The notes under the pieces were generated by a model that did no database searches, was not told where the DNA came from, and saw only the letters and a program-made list of their open reading frames with translations. Shown here piece by piece: positions 37,201 to 49,890 of a DNA stretch of 64,000 bases. The number at the start of each line of letters is the position of its first letter. Positions within the stretch are counted from its first letter, which is position 1. Position numbers and translations under genes: made by a program. The DNA is from Octopus sinensis. Lineage: Eukaryota. Location: contig NC_043011.1 of the NCBI RefSeq assembly GCF_006345805.1, forward strand, positions 24,812,464 to 24,876,463, written 5' to 3'.

Positions 37201-38966
37201 TGCATTCATATGGCATGGAACTGTGTTTATATAGATAGATAATGAAATGAAATAATAAAGTAATTATAATTTGCACTGAAAAAGAGGTTTTAGATGTGTG
37301 CTAGGTTGTAAAACAATGTTGCTTATTTGAGCCAGCATGGAAAACAAACACTAAATGATGATGATGAATGGAAGTTATTTTGCCTCTTCTCTTTAAGTAA
37401 TTCACTAATTTTTTTCAGGTGTGAAAGAAGCTGGTATTTCTCAACTTGAGAATCATTGCCTAAACTAAAACACTTGGTGGACTCTGGAAAAATCAAACAT
37501 TGTTTTCAATATCTCAAACGACTCTTATAACTCAAAAAATGACAGATAATATTATATAAGCTAATTTAAATTTTTTTAATTCTACCACAGTTTTGAAAAT
37601 AATAAGTGCTTGACTCATCACAACTGAAATATAAAATAAAATCATTCATTTTAAACCAATGAGGGACCCTCGCTATAAAACCACTTGACCTACATGAAGT
37701 AGCAACCAAATCTCCCTGGTTATCACATCCTGACATCTTCAAAAAGGACACATTGAATAATTTTGTATTTTGTCAGAAAAGGGTAAAAAAAAAAAAAGTT
37801 GGTATGGGCACAAATGAAATATCTTTTATTATATGATTGCCTCATTACAGCTGACCTGATATCTTTTGACTAGATTAAGGGTTTTTTGAGGTTTTTAAGG
37901 GAGGGTTGTCTTTGTTAGTCGAAGATTACGTTTAGTTGAACTGCTGACTTATATGAGTCAAAATGTAAACAAATAAATCATCAATCTGTTAAAAGTAACA
38001 AATACCCTTCATATTACACTCTTCCTTCTAAAAGAAAGTAAAAAGACATCGTATAACGTGAGTCTTTGATTACTCTAAAAAGAACATGGTCACAGCTGGA
38101 ATACCTTTGGACACAGTTTTACTCAGAGTTGACTTAGGACTAATAATAACTACGGCTGATCATTAGTGCTCGTAGGGTTTTTCCAGACTCACAAATGAGA
38201 TTTTTTCAATAGGGCAACCTTAGGCCTTGACATCAATTCTCCCTTAGTTTGAATTTTTGCGTTAATCTTCCAGGCATGGTCCAATCTTCTTTCAACCTCC
38301 CTCACCAATGTTGAGTTTATTACACACTCTATGAGACTGTCCTAAGTACTCTTCAATAACGCACAAAAATTTTACTAGCTGTTTGCAGTGTGTACCACTT
38401 ATAATTATGAAATATCTATTGAAATAAACTTTTTGATTACTATGATTTTACGAATATAAAATATGAAATTAACTCTTTATAATTCAAGTCAACATGTTGC
38501 TTATATTTTCTCTGCCAAGCGCTTTCTAAATTTCAAGTCGTTGTCTACGACTACTCCAACCGGGTTTTCATTGTGTATTACCTTTATTTCTTCAATTATA
38601 TATAATCAATGCATTGTATACAACGCTCATGCTCACAACAATTTTGTTGTTATTCTTCCTATTCTTATAAAACCACAACCCACATTTCATAGCGAAAAAT
38701 TAAAACGACAAATAGATAATTTATAAACTTGTTTGGGGGAAACACAGAGTATATCAATTTAATGCCTTCGCTGGTACTACACTTTGATGAAAGATCAATT
38801 TATGGGCTAAGAAATTATTAATTATATAAACTTCGTTGTTTATAATCTACACACGGTGCTCTGACCTTACCAACAGAGTCAGTGATATGAGGGACAAAAT
38901 ACAAAATGAAATAGAGGAGCGTTAAAAATATGGATTCTTATGAATAGATAGAAACATTGCACTTAC

Positions 38967-39069
38967 TATTAGTCTCCAATAAATTCTGGGGAGAACTAAT
39001 ACGACTTAATAAATCTACAGAACGAATTAACCCCGTCGTCCTTAAACAGTTCGTCCTGGACAGCGCCAT
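38967..39069 (-). CDS. MRPS18C: MRPS18C exon 1 (mitochondrial targeting peptide-like)
   Basis: aaaATGGCG start context. MALSRTNCLRTTGLIRSVDLLSRISSPQNLLETN is Arg/Ser/Leu-rich. GTAAGT donor, phase 1. Confidence 0.8.
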
Positions 39070-40299
39070 TTTAATTGCTGCGGAGATATTCTCACATAGG
39101 TTTATGATGAACAAGTACAGGAATATCTATTTTTAATAATACATACCTTAAATTATAATTTTATTTGCTTAAAAATCAAGATGTAATTATTGCGTCGTTT
39201 TAAGAAGAAATTATCAATGCTCTATATTCAATTACCGCTTAAGTTAATCTCGCTAAAATAAATACCAATTGGTGGCACTGTAAGAACGTCATACATACTT
39301 TACGATACTTTTCAAACCTTTTGCATTTTGAGTTCAAATCACGTCGGGGCTTACTTGGGTAGTAGACTTAATCCGCATACATACCATGCTTCTTCATTGG
39401 ATCGTTCATTTAGAAGTTCCCTACTTTATTTAGTCGCTTTCATTTGGCTATTTGCCTTTCGTTAAATTTTAATCTATTAAAAGTATTCCCGGTTTTTTGA
39501 ACAGGTACACCACGTTTATGAACGCAGTGAGGCAACTAAAAGGGTTAAGGCCAGGAATGGCGTACAACTGTAAAACACTGCCTCAAACAGTCCTATTCAA
39601 TCCATAAAAATGATGATGATGCATCAACAACAGCAGCACCACACCACCACCCAAACTGAAAGAGACCTGCTAGATGTAGCAGTGGTTCGACTTGCTAGAT
39701 ATAGCAACCTAAAATTCCTCAAATAAACTCTACCGTTTTAAGAGGAACAAAACACATTTGACAGTGTAGTCCCTGGTATACAAAAAGACTGGATGGTTAG
39801 GCTGGACATTTTATCACAGTTCAACTCAGTCAGAACAAATCTGGGTAAATAATAACCTAAATAACTACCACTAAAGTTTCAACAGTAGTACCCTAAAACA
39901 GGTTTATGTGTCCGTGTGAGACGCATCAGCTGGGAAGTCTGTGTGCAGACACCAAGAAATCAGAACCTACTACCTAAATAAAAATAAAAGCATATCATCT
40001 TGTCTTCTATTATAATTCCACTTAATTTTATTTTAACGACCCCATAAGGACGAAAAACAAGTTTGACTACGGCGAGATTTGAACTCAGAACTTTTAGAAA
40101 CATTTTACTTTTCTTCCATTTTTGCGTCTCTCCGCCACTCTAACGATGAGCCAATCTACTGCGATACAGCTTACGTAGACAAATGTATATAGAAAGAAAG
40201 ATGTCTATGCTAATATGCCTCTTTTTATAATATAATTGCTGGATTGGTGCTGACCCGGAGACAACAACAATAATAACTGTAACAAATGCTCTGAAGTCA

Positions 40300-40475
40300 G
40301 CTAATTGTGACATTCTAGTTGCCATAACACCGAATTAGTTTTGACCAATGGCTGCGAGAGAAATATTTACTTCTGTATTAAGCAGCGTCAAAATGTCTCC
40401 CTGACAATTGTTGCTGACGACGATACGAAGCAATCTAGTTGCCATAGAGTCGTGGACTCAGACTTATGCTATATA
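40300..40475 (+). promoter_or_regulatory. ELMOD3 promoter and probable non-coding first exon
   Basis: CpG-enriched. CCAAT at 40345; two CTAGTTGCCATA motifs resembling RFX X-box half sites (GTTGCC at 40318 and 40438); GTAAGT donor at 40476. The next exon begins with AG directly before the ATG at 45152. Confidence 0.5.
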
Positions 40476-40976
40476 GTAAGTTTACAAAACTAAAAAAAAT
40501 CCGTCTCTTTATTTATTATTCAATATATACATATTTATTTTTAATATATAAGTATATATATATATCTTGTACACGATATTTAATTAACACTAAGTATTCA
40601 GAAATTATACGCTATTTAATAAGTTTCCGATGTAAACACAAGCTTTCCATCTGTGAAGCTTCTGCCAAATTTACATTAAGATGGAAAACAAATTAAATGA
40701 ATTTTAATATAAATAAAACAAGCTATTTATGATTTCCATTTAATTCAGTTTTAGGGTACAATATTGAAACTTTACTGATTGCTGGTTAGGTTTGTTGTTG
40801 TGGTTGTTGATTTGTCCCAGTTATGTACTGTTTGAGTACACTTATGGTCCAGCTGTAACCAAACCATATCTCTGTATATCAGAGACTTCTTTGTCAAATG
40901 TGTTCCTTTCTTATTGCAGACATTTGAGGGTAATTTTTCTAATAGGTCAAACGAACACGTAAAGGCTCTTTCGATG

Positions 40977-41077
40977 ATGTTGTTGTTGTTGTTGTTGTTC
41001 TTCTTCTTCTTCTTCTTCTTCTTCTTTTCTTCTTCTTCTTCTTCTCTTCTTCTTTTCTTCTTCTTCTTCTTCTTCTC
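40977..41077. repeat. Compound (GTT)n(CTT)n microsatellite
   Basis: Directly visible. Confidence 0.9.
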
Positions 41078-41129
41078 CTAATCAGGACTCACGCTATTAA
41101 CCACAAAGAATAATCTCTTAATTCGAGCC

Positions 41130-41548
41130 TACTCTAAGCTACTAAGAATGCGTGTGGCAACTTGGAGATCCACCCACCACACGCGATAGACTGGCGGTTG
41201 CACGGGCGCGAAAGCTACGTTATCCTTATTCCGTAAACGGTGGCTTTTAACGGGTAGAGAGCTGAATCATCCTGGGGTACAGAGGATTTGCAATTTAGAC
41301 TAGGGTCTGAAAGTTTATCACACCATAGTGGGTTACACTATGGTTCCTATGCTTTGTGGCAGAAGTATGAAGAAAGAGCGAGAGAAAGTTGTGGTGAAAG
41401 TGTACAGCAGGGTCCTCCCCCTCCGCGGGAGCCTCATGGAGCTTCGGCTATTTTGCTCACTAAACACTCACCATACCCGGTCTGGGAATCGAAACTGCGT
41501 TCTAACGAATACGAGTCCGCTACCCTAACCACTGGGCCATTGCGCTTC
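41130..41548 (-). mobile_element. tRNA-derived SINE (another family)
   Basis: On the - strand: TGGCCCAGTGGTTAGG A-box and GTTTCGATTCCC B-box followed by a non-tRNA body. Confidence 0.65.
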
Positions 41549-41551
41549 CAC

Positions 41552-41582
<31 letters not shown>

Positions 41583-41919
41583 GAAAACGACAACGACTAT
41601 GATGGTGATGGTAATGAGGATAACCACGACCATGATTACGAAATCAACGACTATAGTGGTGATCATTCTGACACTCTGAAATGTTTTTGGATCCATGTAG
41701 TAGCACCAATTGTTTCTCATTTGTAGGGAGAGATTCGAAGGAGCTTTTGCTGCTATTTATTGCAGGTCGAGCGATTCTGTAAGACAACGGTTCCCAGCTT
41801 TCATCAAATCAACAGTCTTCCCTGAGGCCTTATTTTAATAATTTAATGCATAATATATTTCATGGGGAAATATTTTTCAGATTTTGTTTACAGTAAATGT
41901 TGAGTTGTGGCCCTTATAG

Positions 41920-43550
41920 ACTATCGTGCTGCTTAACTTCGTGAACTATAGTACACGAAGGGAGCTGTCTACGACGACTGCAGGTTCTTTGGTGACTGAC
42001 TAGGCTGACAGGGAATGGGAAGATCCGGGTGCAATATCTATTATGAAAGTTTTGTTCAGGGCTCGATTGTTGCTGTGCCATAGCCCTTCTTTGTTTTATT
42101 CTCAAAGATAGCCCTACATTCATTGTCGAGGGAAGACACAAATTTGTGGATGGGATGTCGCCTAACGTCATAATTCGCGACCATAGTAGACCACTGTCGA
42201 TGATCAATGAGACAAGCGCCAAGAATTTTCTTTGAGATGTCCTTGTACTGTTTTTTTTTTCTTTGGTGAACCTTTGTCACAGTGACCTATGGGGAGTTCA
42301 ATACACAGCACAGTGTTAGGTAGGCGATGATCCTCCTTTCTTGAAACATATCCTACCCACTGCAGCTGTAACTTTAATAACGTGACCTCGATACTGGTGA
42401 CCCCCACCTCTTTGAGAACGCCGGTGTTGATACCTGTTACTCCAGTGGATGTCGAGAGTGGTGCCGATGTTGAGAACAGACCCCTGCTGGAAACTCTCAA
42501 GGAGTCTCAGGTGGTAAGGACAGGTAACCTACGATCTGCTATCATCTCAGTTTGAACAGGCTGCTATTGGTGCAGTGTCGTATTAAGGGACTCTCCTCTT
42601 CATCGAGATCTTCAGTGACTTCTGCGAGCATCATAGTGAAGGTGATGAAGAGTGTAGGCCTGAAGATGCAGCACTGCTTCACACAGTTCCCTAGGAGGAA
42701 GGGCTTTGTGAATTCGTTTTTATGTCTGACTTGACCATACCAATCCTCATGTAGATGACTATGTTAGGGGATTTGGGGAGTCATCTCACTTGTTCCATGA
42801 TTGATTACAGATTCTTCCTACTCACAGTATCGAGTACTTTGGTAAGATCTACAAGTATCTCTAAACAGTATCCCGTTTTGTTCCCTGCATTTCTTTTGGA
42901 GCTTCCAAAGAACAAATATGTATCAGTGATCCTCCTGTTGGTTCTGAACACACATTAGTTCTCTGGAAGGAGCCTGTTTAGGAACATTTTTGCAAGAAAT
43001 TTTCCCTGCAATTGAGAGTTGAAATTATTCACCAGTAGTTGGAGCAGTCAGGCTTTCTCCCTTGTTCATGTACAAGGTGATGATGATTGCCTCGCGAAGA
43101 CCTTGTGGTATTTTGCCTTGTTCCCAGCAGCAGATACAGAATTTAAGGTTGTGCAGTTCGTTATTGTTCTAAAGCTTGACTTTTCCAGCAGTATCTACTT
43201 GAAGAGTTGGGGATGCAAATACTGAAGATTGTCGTATGCTACTCGGTTTGAATTGAGAGGCGTTTGGAGATTATGCAGACTGGGTGATTCATTGGCAGGT
43301 TTTCCAGCCTCTAAGTAATTGTATTCCTGATCATAAAACCAACTCAAAAAGGTGTCTTTCAATCTCTGGCTCAAAGTCGAAGATGTAGGCATCACAAAGT
43401 TGTTGAAAGTTACTCTCCTCTTGGAAATGAACTTCATGAAGAGCAACGGTATCAACATTCAGCCTCAAAGCTCATGTGTGACCAGAGCAGAGCGTCCTCT
43501 TGAGAGATTGCTCTCTCTCTGTTGTATCGAGCATGGTTCTGATGTTTCTA
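41920..43550 (-). pseudogene. RTE/BovB-like LINE reverse transcriptase relic
   Basis: CVKQCCIFRPTLF (cf. GVKQGCVLAPTLF) and LQWVGYVSRKEDHRLP (cf. LRWAGHVSRMEDHRLP); many stops. Confidence 0.85.
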
Positions 43551-44699
43551 AATGCTAGTTTTAATTCCTGTACATCTAAACAAATAACGTGTATTTACTG
43601 GTTGTTTGTCGCTATTTGATCGCATTTGACGATACTTGTTGACTACGGTCAGTCAACTGAGTAGGTGGGGGAATGAAAACTAACTTTAATTGGGCCTCCT
43701 TTTTTTAGTTCCCCTCCTACATTTGGAGCAAATAGTGTTGTGCTTTGGGAAGGTCGCTTCGTCATTCTGTGAGCTGTCAGAGGATGTCGTTTCTGGGTCA
43801 ACATCTATCAACACATAACTCTGAACCACCTGCATGAAGGATCAAGACTGCAGCTTCCAATGTCACCTTTCATCAGCCTTTTCTCCTTCACCTTCCCATT
43901 GTCTCTTTCCCATCACCACAAAACTTATTCAATGGTCAAAGAGGGTGAATGTAGATGTGGATGTGTCCTTTGGCTTGTGCTGTGAATTTTTTTTAGCAGG
44001 AGAGCAACGTGTATGGTGCTGACCCAGTCCATCTAGCGTGACGATGACCCAGTCCATCTAGCTAGACGATGACAAGATCCCTGAATCGTTGGTGTTATGT
44101 TGGAGTTTCTGCTTTCTATGTAAATGATCTGTCGAAGCTAGTGAGTTGCATGTGCCCCAATTTGAAGTTAGAGTCGTCCTTATCTTAGGCTGATTGCCAA
44201 GTAAGGTTGTGTCCAATCAACCCATTTATACCTCCAGATACTTTATCATACTAAGATATGACAAGGTCTGTAGAAACTGGGGTTCACTGACAAGAAAGTG
44301 TTGCTAGGATCATCATAATGTAGGAGAGACCATTTCTATTGGACTCTCATCTAACAAACCAGAAAGTGGTTACGCAGCGTTTACAACACTGGCAAAAGAA
44401 GAAGCTGTGTATCACACGTGCACTTTCTCTGGGTATGCAAATCGTCAGACCAAAACCTCCATCTACCCCCCACTTCACACTGTCTGTAGCCCTTATTTTG
44501 CCTATAATACATTGTATAACATATTCATGAACATTTTACATTTCATAAGTGTAAAAGATGTCTTCATAACTCTTTAAGAATTATTCCCATAAATAGTATA
44601 CAACCAAATGGACCATAGTACTGAGCAGCATCACTTTTGAATGCTTCATTGGGTATTATACGTAGGGAGTCCCTCGTACTTTGTCTCCTCTTATAATGA

Positions 44700-45020
44700 A
44701 GGAGCAAAGCTTATGGTTAGAATATTTGGCTTATGATTAGAAGATCGTGTGTTCAATACCCAGCTGCTCCTTTTGTCCTTGAGCAAGACACTTTATTTCA
44801 TGTTTCCACCCGCACCCACCCAATCCACTCAGCTGGCAAAATTGAGTAATACCTGTATTTCAAAGGGACAGCCTTGTCACATTCTATGTCACACTGAATC
44901 TCTTTGAGAACTATGTTAAGGGTACGTGTGTCTGTGGAGTGCTCAGCCACTTGCACATTAATTTCATGAGCAGGCCGTTCTATTAGATCAACTGGAACCC
45001 TTGTCACTGTAACTGACAAA
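44700..45020 (+). mobile_element. Diverged tRNA-derived SINE
   Basis: GCTTATGGTTAGA...GTGTTCAATACCC head and TTGAGCAAGACACTTTATTTCA segment shared with the copy at 51950. Confidence 0.6.
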
Positions 45021-45151
45021 ATGCCAGGATCTCCTCTTATTAAAGAACCTTAAACTTTATAATTGCGACACCAATATTTTTATATTTTCATTGAATTCAA
45101 AGTTGGAAAATGTTTCAAGTTTCATTATGAAAACAATCCTTATTTCATCAG

Positions 45152-45364
45152 ATGTCTGGCATGAATTCTTCAAAGTATGACTACTGTGATGATAAAACTG
45201 GTAGTAATGATAATGGAGATGATGATGATGATGATGACATTGTTGTTGATATTACTGGTGATGGTGATGATAATGGTGTCAACAATAATGATGATGATTT
45301 TAATGTTATCTCACCTGATGATATCCTCTTTTCTGACAGAGATGAAATCAAATCCATATCAAAA
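45152..45364 (+). CDS. ELMOD3: ELMOD3 first coding exon (Asp-rich)
   Basis: catcAG|ATG; open for 71 codons with a GAT-repeat poly-Asp; AAA|GTAAGT donor in phase 0, matching the next exon. Confidence 0.7.
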
Positions 45365-46414
45365 GTAAGTTATTAAATCTTCTTCTATAAAATACAATGT
45401 ATCAAGGTATCTTTTTCTTTAATATTTTTAGTTCAGAAACACACTGAGAGAAATAAGAAAAAAAAGCAATTCTTTTGGTGATAGCTTCCTTATTTGTTTA
45501 TTTTGTTGATTATTTTTTCATTGTTTTATTTTCTCTTCTTTAACTTTATCTTAACAATTCATTAGCTTGCTCTATTCATAATCTTTTCTACTCTAGGCAC
45601 AAGGCCCGAAACTTTTGGGGAGGGGCCAGTCAATTAGATCGACCTTGGTACACAACTGGTACTTAATTTATCAACCCCGAAAGGATGAAAGGCAAAGTCG
45701 ACCTTGGTGGGATTTGAACTCGGAACATAAAGACAGACGAAATACTACTAAGCATTTTGCCCAGCATGCTAATGTTTCTGTCAGCTCGCCACCTTTACAC
45801 TATTCATAATAATAATAATGCTTTCTACTATAGGCACAAGGCCTGAAATTTTGGAGGTGGGAGCTAGTCAATTTCATCATCGACCCTGAAAGGACAAAAG
45901 GCAAAGTCGACTTCAGTGGAATTTGAACTCAGACACGAAGACAGACGGAGTGCTGCTAAGCATTTTGCCCAGCATATTAACAGTTCTGCCAGCTTGCCAC
46001 CTTAATTCATAATAATAATAATAATAATAATAAAGCCAGTTACCACATCAAAGTGGCTGTTGAATGTTACTACTAGTTTAACCCCAGGCAGATTCTCCGC
46101 CAGCTGGTTATCGGTGCAACACTCTGTGCCGATATATACAATATATTTTTAGCAGGGGGGAGAAAATCCCGACTACCCTCTAGCAGATAATAGGATCATC
46201 AAACTGACTCAGTCTTGAGCTATTTGACTCAGCCACAGCCGCAAGCACCCATACACCAGAGCGATAACCAGGGTCCGCTACCTCTAACAATATTTTGTAA
46301 ACAAAGTGACCATCGGTCACTGATTTGCAACAAGCAAAAGCAGACAGCTTTTAAGCAACTGACCCTGAATGGGAAGATCTGCAAACAGATCTTTGAATTG
46401 TTTTGCAGAATTTG

Positions 46415-46508
46415 TTGCAAATAAATAATAGTAAAAACGTATATAATTGGTAGAATAACAATTGTTATTCTACCAATTATATACGTTTTTATTATTATTT
46501 TTTTGCAA
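46415..46508. repeat. Loopless palindrome (perfect over 46432-46491)
   Basis: AAAAACGTATATAATTGGTAGAATAACAA|TTGTTATTCTACCAATTATATACGTTTTT, extending to 94 bp with two mismatches. Confidence 0.92.
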
Positions 46509-46855
46509 TTTACTTAATAATTGACATTTTATTGTTATTTTTAATATTTCTATTATATGTAATTTTCTAGATGGTGTAATTTAATTGTTCCTTTTGAATT
46601 GATAAAAGGTGGTTTTTTTCTACCATCCGTTCGTGGCCGTTGTGCCAGCTCTGTCTGGCACCTGTGCAGGTGGCACGTAAAAAACACCCACTACACTCGC
46701 AGAGTGGTTGGCGTTAGGAAGGGCATCCAGCCGTAGAAACACTGCCAAATCTGACTGGGCCTGATGAAGCCTTCCGGCTTCACAGACCCCAGTTAAACCG
46801 TCCAACCCATGCTAGCATGGAAAACGGATGCTAAATGATGATGATGATGATGATG

Positions 46856-46887
<32 letters not shown>

Positions 46888-46893
46888 GGAAAT

Positions 46894-47343
46894 CCCAAAA
46901 GAACAAACACAAGAAAAAAACAACAATGCAAGGACGTGGTACATGCAAAGAATTAGCAGATGCTCAGAGAAGGAAAGAAAGGTAGTTCTTACATTTCAAG
47001 CAAAGCTCTTTGTCAGAAACAGGAGATGGAGGAAAGTCCAAGAGGAAAAGAAAACGGAGAGAAAAAATTGCCAATGATTCACATGTGGTTACATTTTGAA
47101 AATGTAACTACATTTTTAAAATGTAACTACATTTTTCAAAATGTAACCACATGTGAATCATTGGCAATTTTTTCCCTCCGTCTTCCTTTTCTCTTGGACT
47201 TCCCTCCATCTCCTGTTTCTGACAAAGAGTTTTGCTTGAAATGTAAAAACTACCTTTCTTTCCTTCCCTGAGCATCTGCTAATTCTTTGCATGTACCACA
47301 TCCTCGCATTGTTTTTTGTTTTTTTTTGTGTTTGTTCTTTGGG
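46894..47343. repeat. Fold-back element, about 210-bp arms, with a decayed hammerhead core in each arm
   Basis: Inverted arms around three palindromic TACATTTT(N)AAAATGTA units. Each arm carries CTGACAA-AGAG(C/T)TTTGCTT-GAAATGTA. Confidence 0.88.
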
Positions 47344-47570
47344 GGGGGGGATTTAACTATTTACCGCATGCTCACATGGACCCCTGGCCTTCCGTCTGAC
47401 TTTGGCGTACCTGATTCACGGAATTCTTTCTATCATTGAATTACTTTACCTTGTTCATTCGAAATACGCCATTTCTGCACCTTGATTGTAAATCATATAT
47501 ATTTATACACACACACATACACAAATACACATAGGATATTATATGTATTGATCACACACATACTGTTTGT

Positions 47571-48003
47571 GTGTGTGGTAAGAAGCTTGCTTCCCAACCA
47601 CATGGTTCTGGGTTCAGTCCCACTTCATTGCACCTTGGGCAAGTGTTTTCTCCTATAGCCTTGGGCTGACCAAAGCCTTGTCAGTGGATTTGGTCGAAAG
47701 AAACTGAAAGAAGTCCATCATATATATATGTGTATGTATTTGTGTATTATTTTGTGTATGTATTTGTGTATATATGTGTATGTCCTTGTGTTTGCCCCCC
47801 CCCCACTCCATCACTTGACAACCGATGCTGTTGGGTGTCTATATCCCCATAAGTTAGTGATTCAGCAAAAGGGACAGATAGAATAAGTACTAGGCTTGCA
47901 AAGAATAAGTCCTGGGGTTGATTTCCTCAACTAAAACCCTTTAAGGTGGTGCTCCAGCATGGCTACAGTCAAATGACTGAATCCAGTAAAAGAATAAAAG
48001 AAT
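47571..48003 (+). mobile_element. SINE family B
   Basis: Colinear with the 7054 copy. Confidence 0.82.
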
Positions 48004-48376
48004 ATACATAACAGAAATTATTAATCAACAAGTAAAATAAATATTGCAAATAATTAGGGAAAGTAGATTCTTTTGAAACTGACTTTGCTTTCTAAAACAT
48101 TGTATATATTCTAGGTGAATTTGATATTACAAATAATATCATAATTTATCAATTTTCATTAAAGATCAATAACTACAGGTAAGATTCTAATCTACTAATT
48201 CTATAGAATGAAAATATCTTTATTGGATATTGTGTCAGTTCCATTCTTAATCTATGATAATTATGTATGGTCTGCATTTGAATAATTTCTGTATGTTTGT
48301 TTTTATAAATATATCTTTGTAATGTTTAATGAATTTAATTAAAATAATCTATTGTTGTTATTATTTTGATATTTAG

Positions 48377-48725
48377 ATATCTCCTAATATTGAAAAATTA
48401 TTTTCAAAACCAAACACCCAAGACTCTTTTCCACTACAAGATTCAGACATTTTCCCTACTGACTTTCCATCTGCACCAGACAGCAACTTGTCTGAGACTG
48501 TAGTGCAAAATTCTCTATCTGCTGACATCACTTTAGAACAACCCACAGCATTAATTAAGGCAACAAACAAACATGTTCCAGCTAATAAAGAACCTCTGCA
48601 TATTCAGGGAGGTTCTGGATCACATATACTTCAAACAGGCCAGGTTGAAGAAGGAAAACATTATTTCAATACTGATACATCTACTGCTGAAACTGAATGG
48701 GATAACCTTGATGTTATTACACTTT
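48377..48725 (+). CDS. ELMOD3: ELMOD3 coding exon
   Basis: tttAG acceptor; 349 nt open; ends ETEWDNLDVITL (cf. human EEWEAVDTI); T|GTAAGT donor, phase 1. Confidence 0.8.
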
Positions 48726-49519
48726 GTAAGTAAAAATGACTTAGTAATAACAACACAAAAAAAGGAAATTGCTTAGAAATTTTACATTCTAATTCTTGGT
48801 ACATGACTTGCTTAGATCCTTTGCTTCCTGTAAAGTATTGGTCATTGATGACTTTTCTCCATTTCTCAACTTTGGGCTGTCATTTTTGCTTCCTTTTAGT
48901 AGGATCCATGCTTCTTGCAGCTCAACTTTTGGATTTTGCTGCAACATGTCATGTTTCCCTGAAGGAAGGACTTCCTCTCCCAGGTCTTGCTGATTTTGAA
49001 TTGTCATCAATGCTTCTGTAACTCTTGCTTCTTTCTAGGTAGGGATGTTGGCCCAGCACAAACCCATGTTTACCTCTGGGAAGAGGTGGTACATGTTAGT
49101 CTGGTCTCTATCCTTTGACCTGTCCAGCATGAGAAACCCTACCAACAGCTTGCATTCTGCTGGTATAGTTCTCAGAGGTATTGAGGCACATAAGCAAACA
49201 CTCCAACAAGGACTGGACCTTATGGTGGTTAGGTATATGAGTTGAGTAAATTTATTTTTATGTTGTGAGACGTTGACTTCTAATTGGTATTAGTGCTTCT
49301 GAAGAAAATTCAAAATGGTCATTGCTACTGTAGTTGAATAGTTTAACCCTTTAGCATTTAAACCAACCATGTCCAGCTAAAATATTCTACTAGTTTTATG
49401 TTCAAACCTGTCAGATTTGGCTTCTCACACCTACCCTAGAATGTCATTCTTAAAGTATACAATCTCATTATTGAAATCTCAAAGCTGCAACATTAATGCA
49501 TGATTAATGCAAAACAATG

Positions 49520-49890
49520 TTAGTCAATAAGCATTACAAACTCCACCTGTCTAACACCCGTGGACATGTTTACAAAGTCAGAAAACAGCACAGCTCCCAT
49601 GACTTTCGGAAACATTTTTTCACACTAAGCGTTGCGTTGCTGAAGCATGGAACAGACTGCTGGCATCAGTTGTTAGTTGTCGGATCACTGCATCCTTCAA
49701 AACTTCCATGCTTCCTGAGATTCGCCAACACTGCACCTGATTTTCTCCCCTCTATACACACGCAAGCATGTATCTGACTCATATACTGTTCACTTCCCAG
49801 ACATTTGTACATTAATGCATATACTTTATATGCACTTTTGACAAGTTGTGGTGCACCTGAGCACTGTATACAATAATTTCATTATTATTA
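49520..49890 (+). mobile_element. CR1/L2-type LINE 3' end with (ATT)n tail
   Basis: NTRGHVYKVRKQHSSHDFRKHFFTL...WNRL C-terminal motif; inserted in a TTAA MITE. Confidence 0.8.

Noticed and set aside
37423-37480. + strand acceptor followed by VKEAGISQLENHCLN*
   Set aside because: No upstream partner exon or homology was found, and it lies antisense within MRPS18C intron 1.
41480-41548. tRNA gene on the - strand
   Set aside because: It has A/B boxes but no closing acceptor stem and continues into a SINE body.
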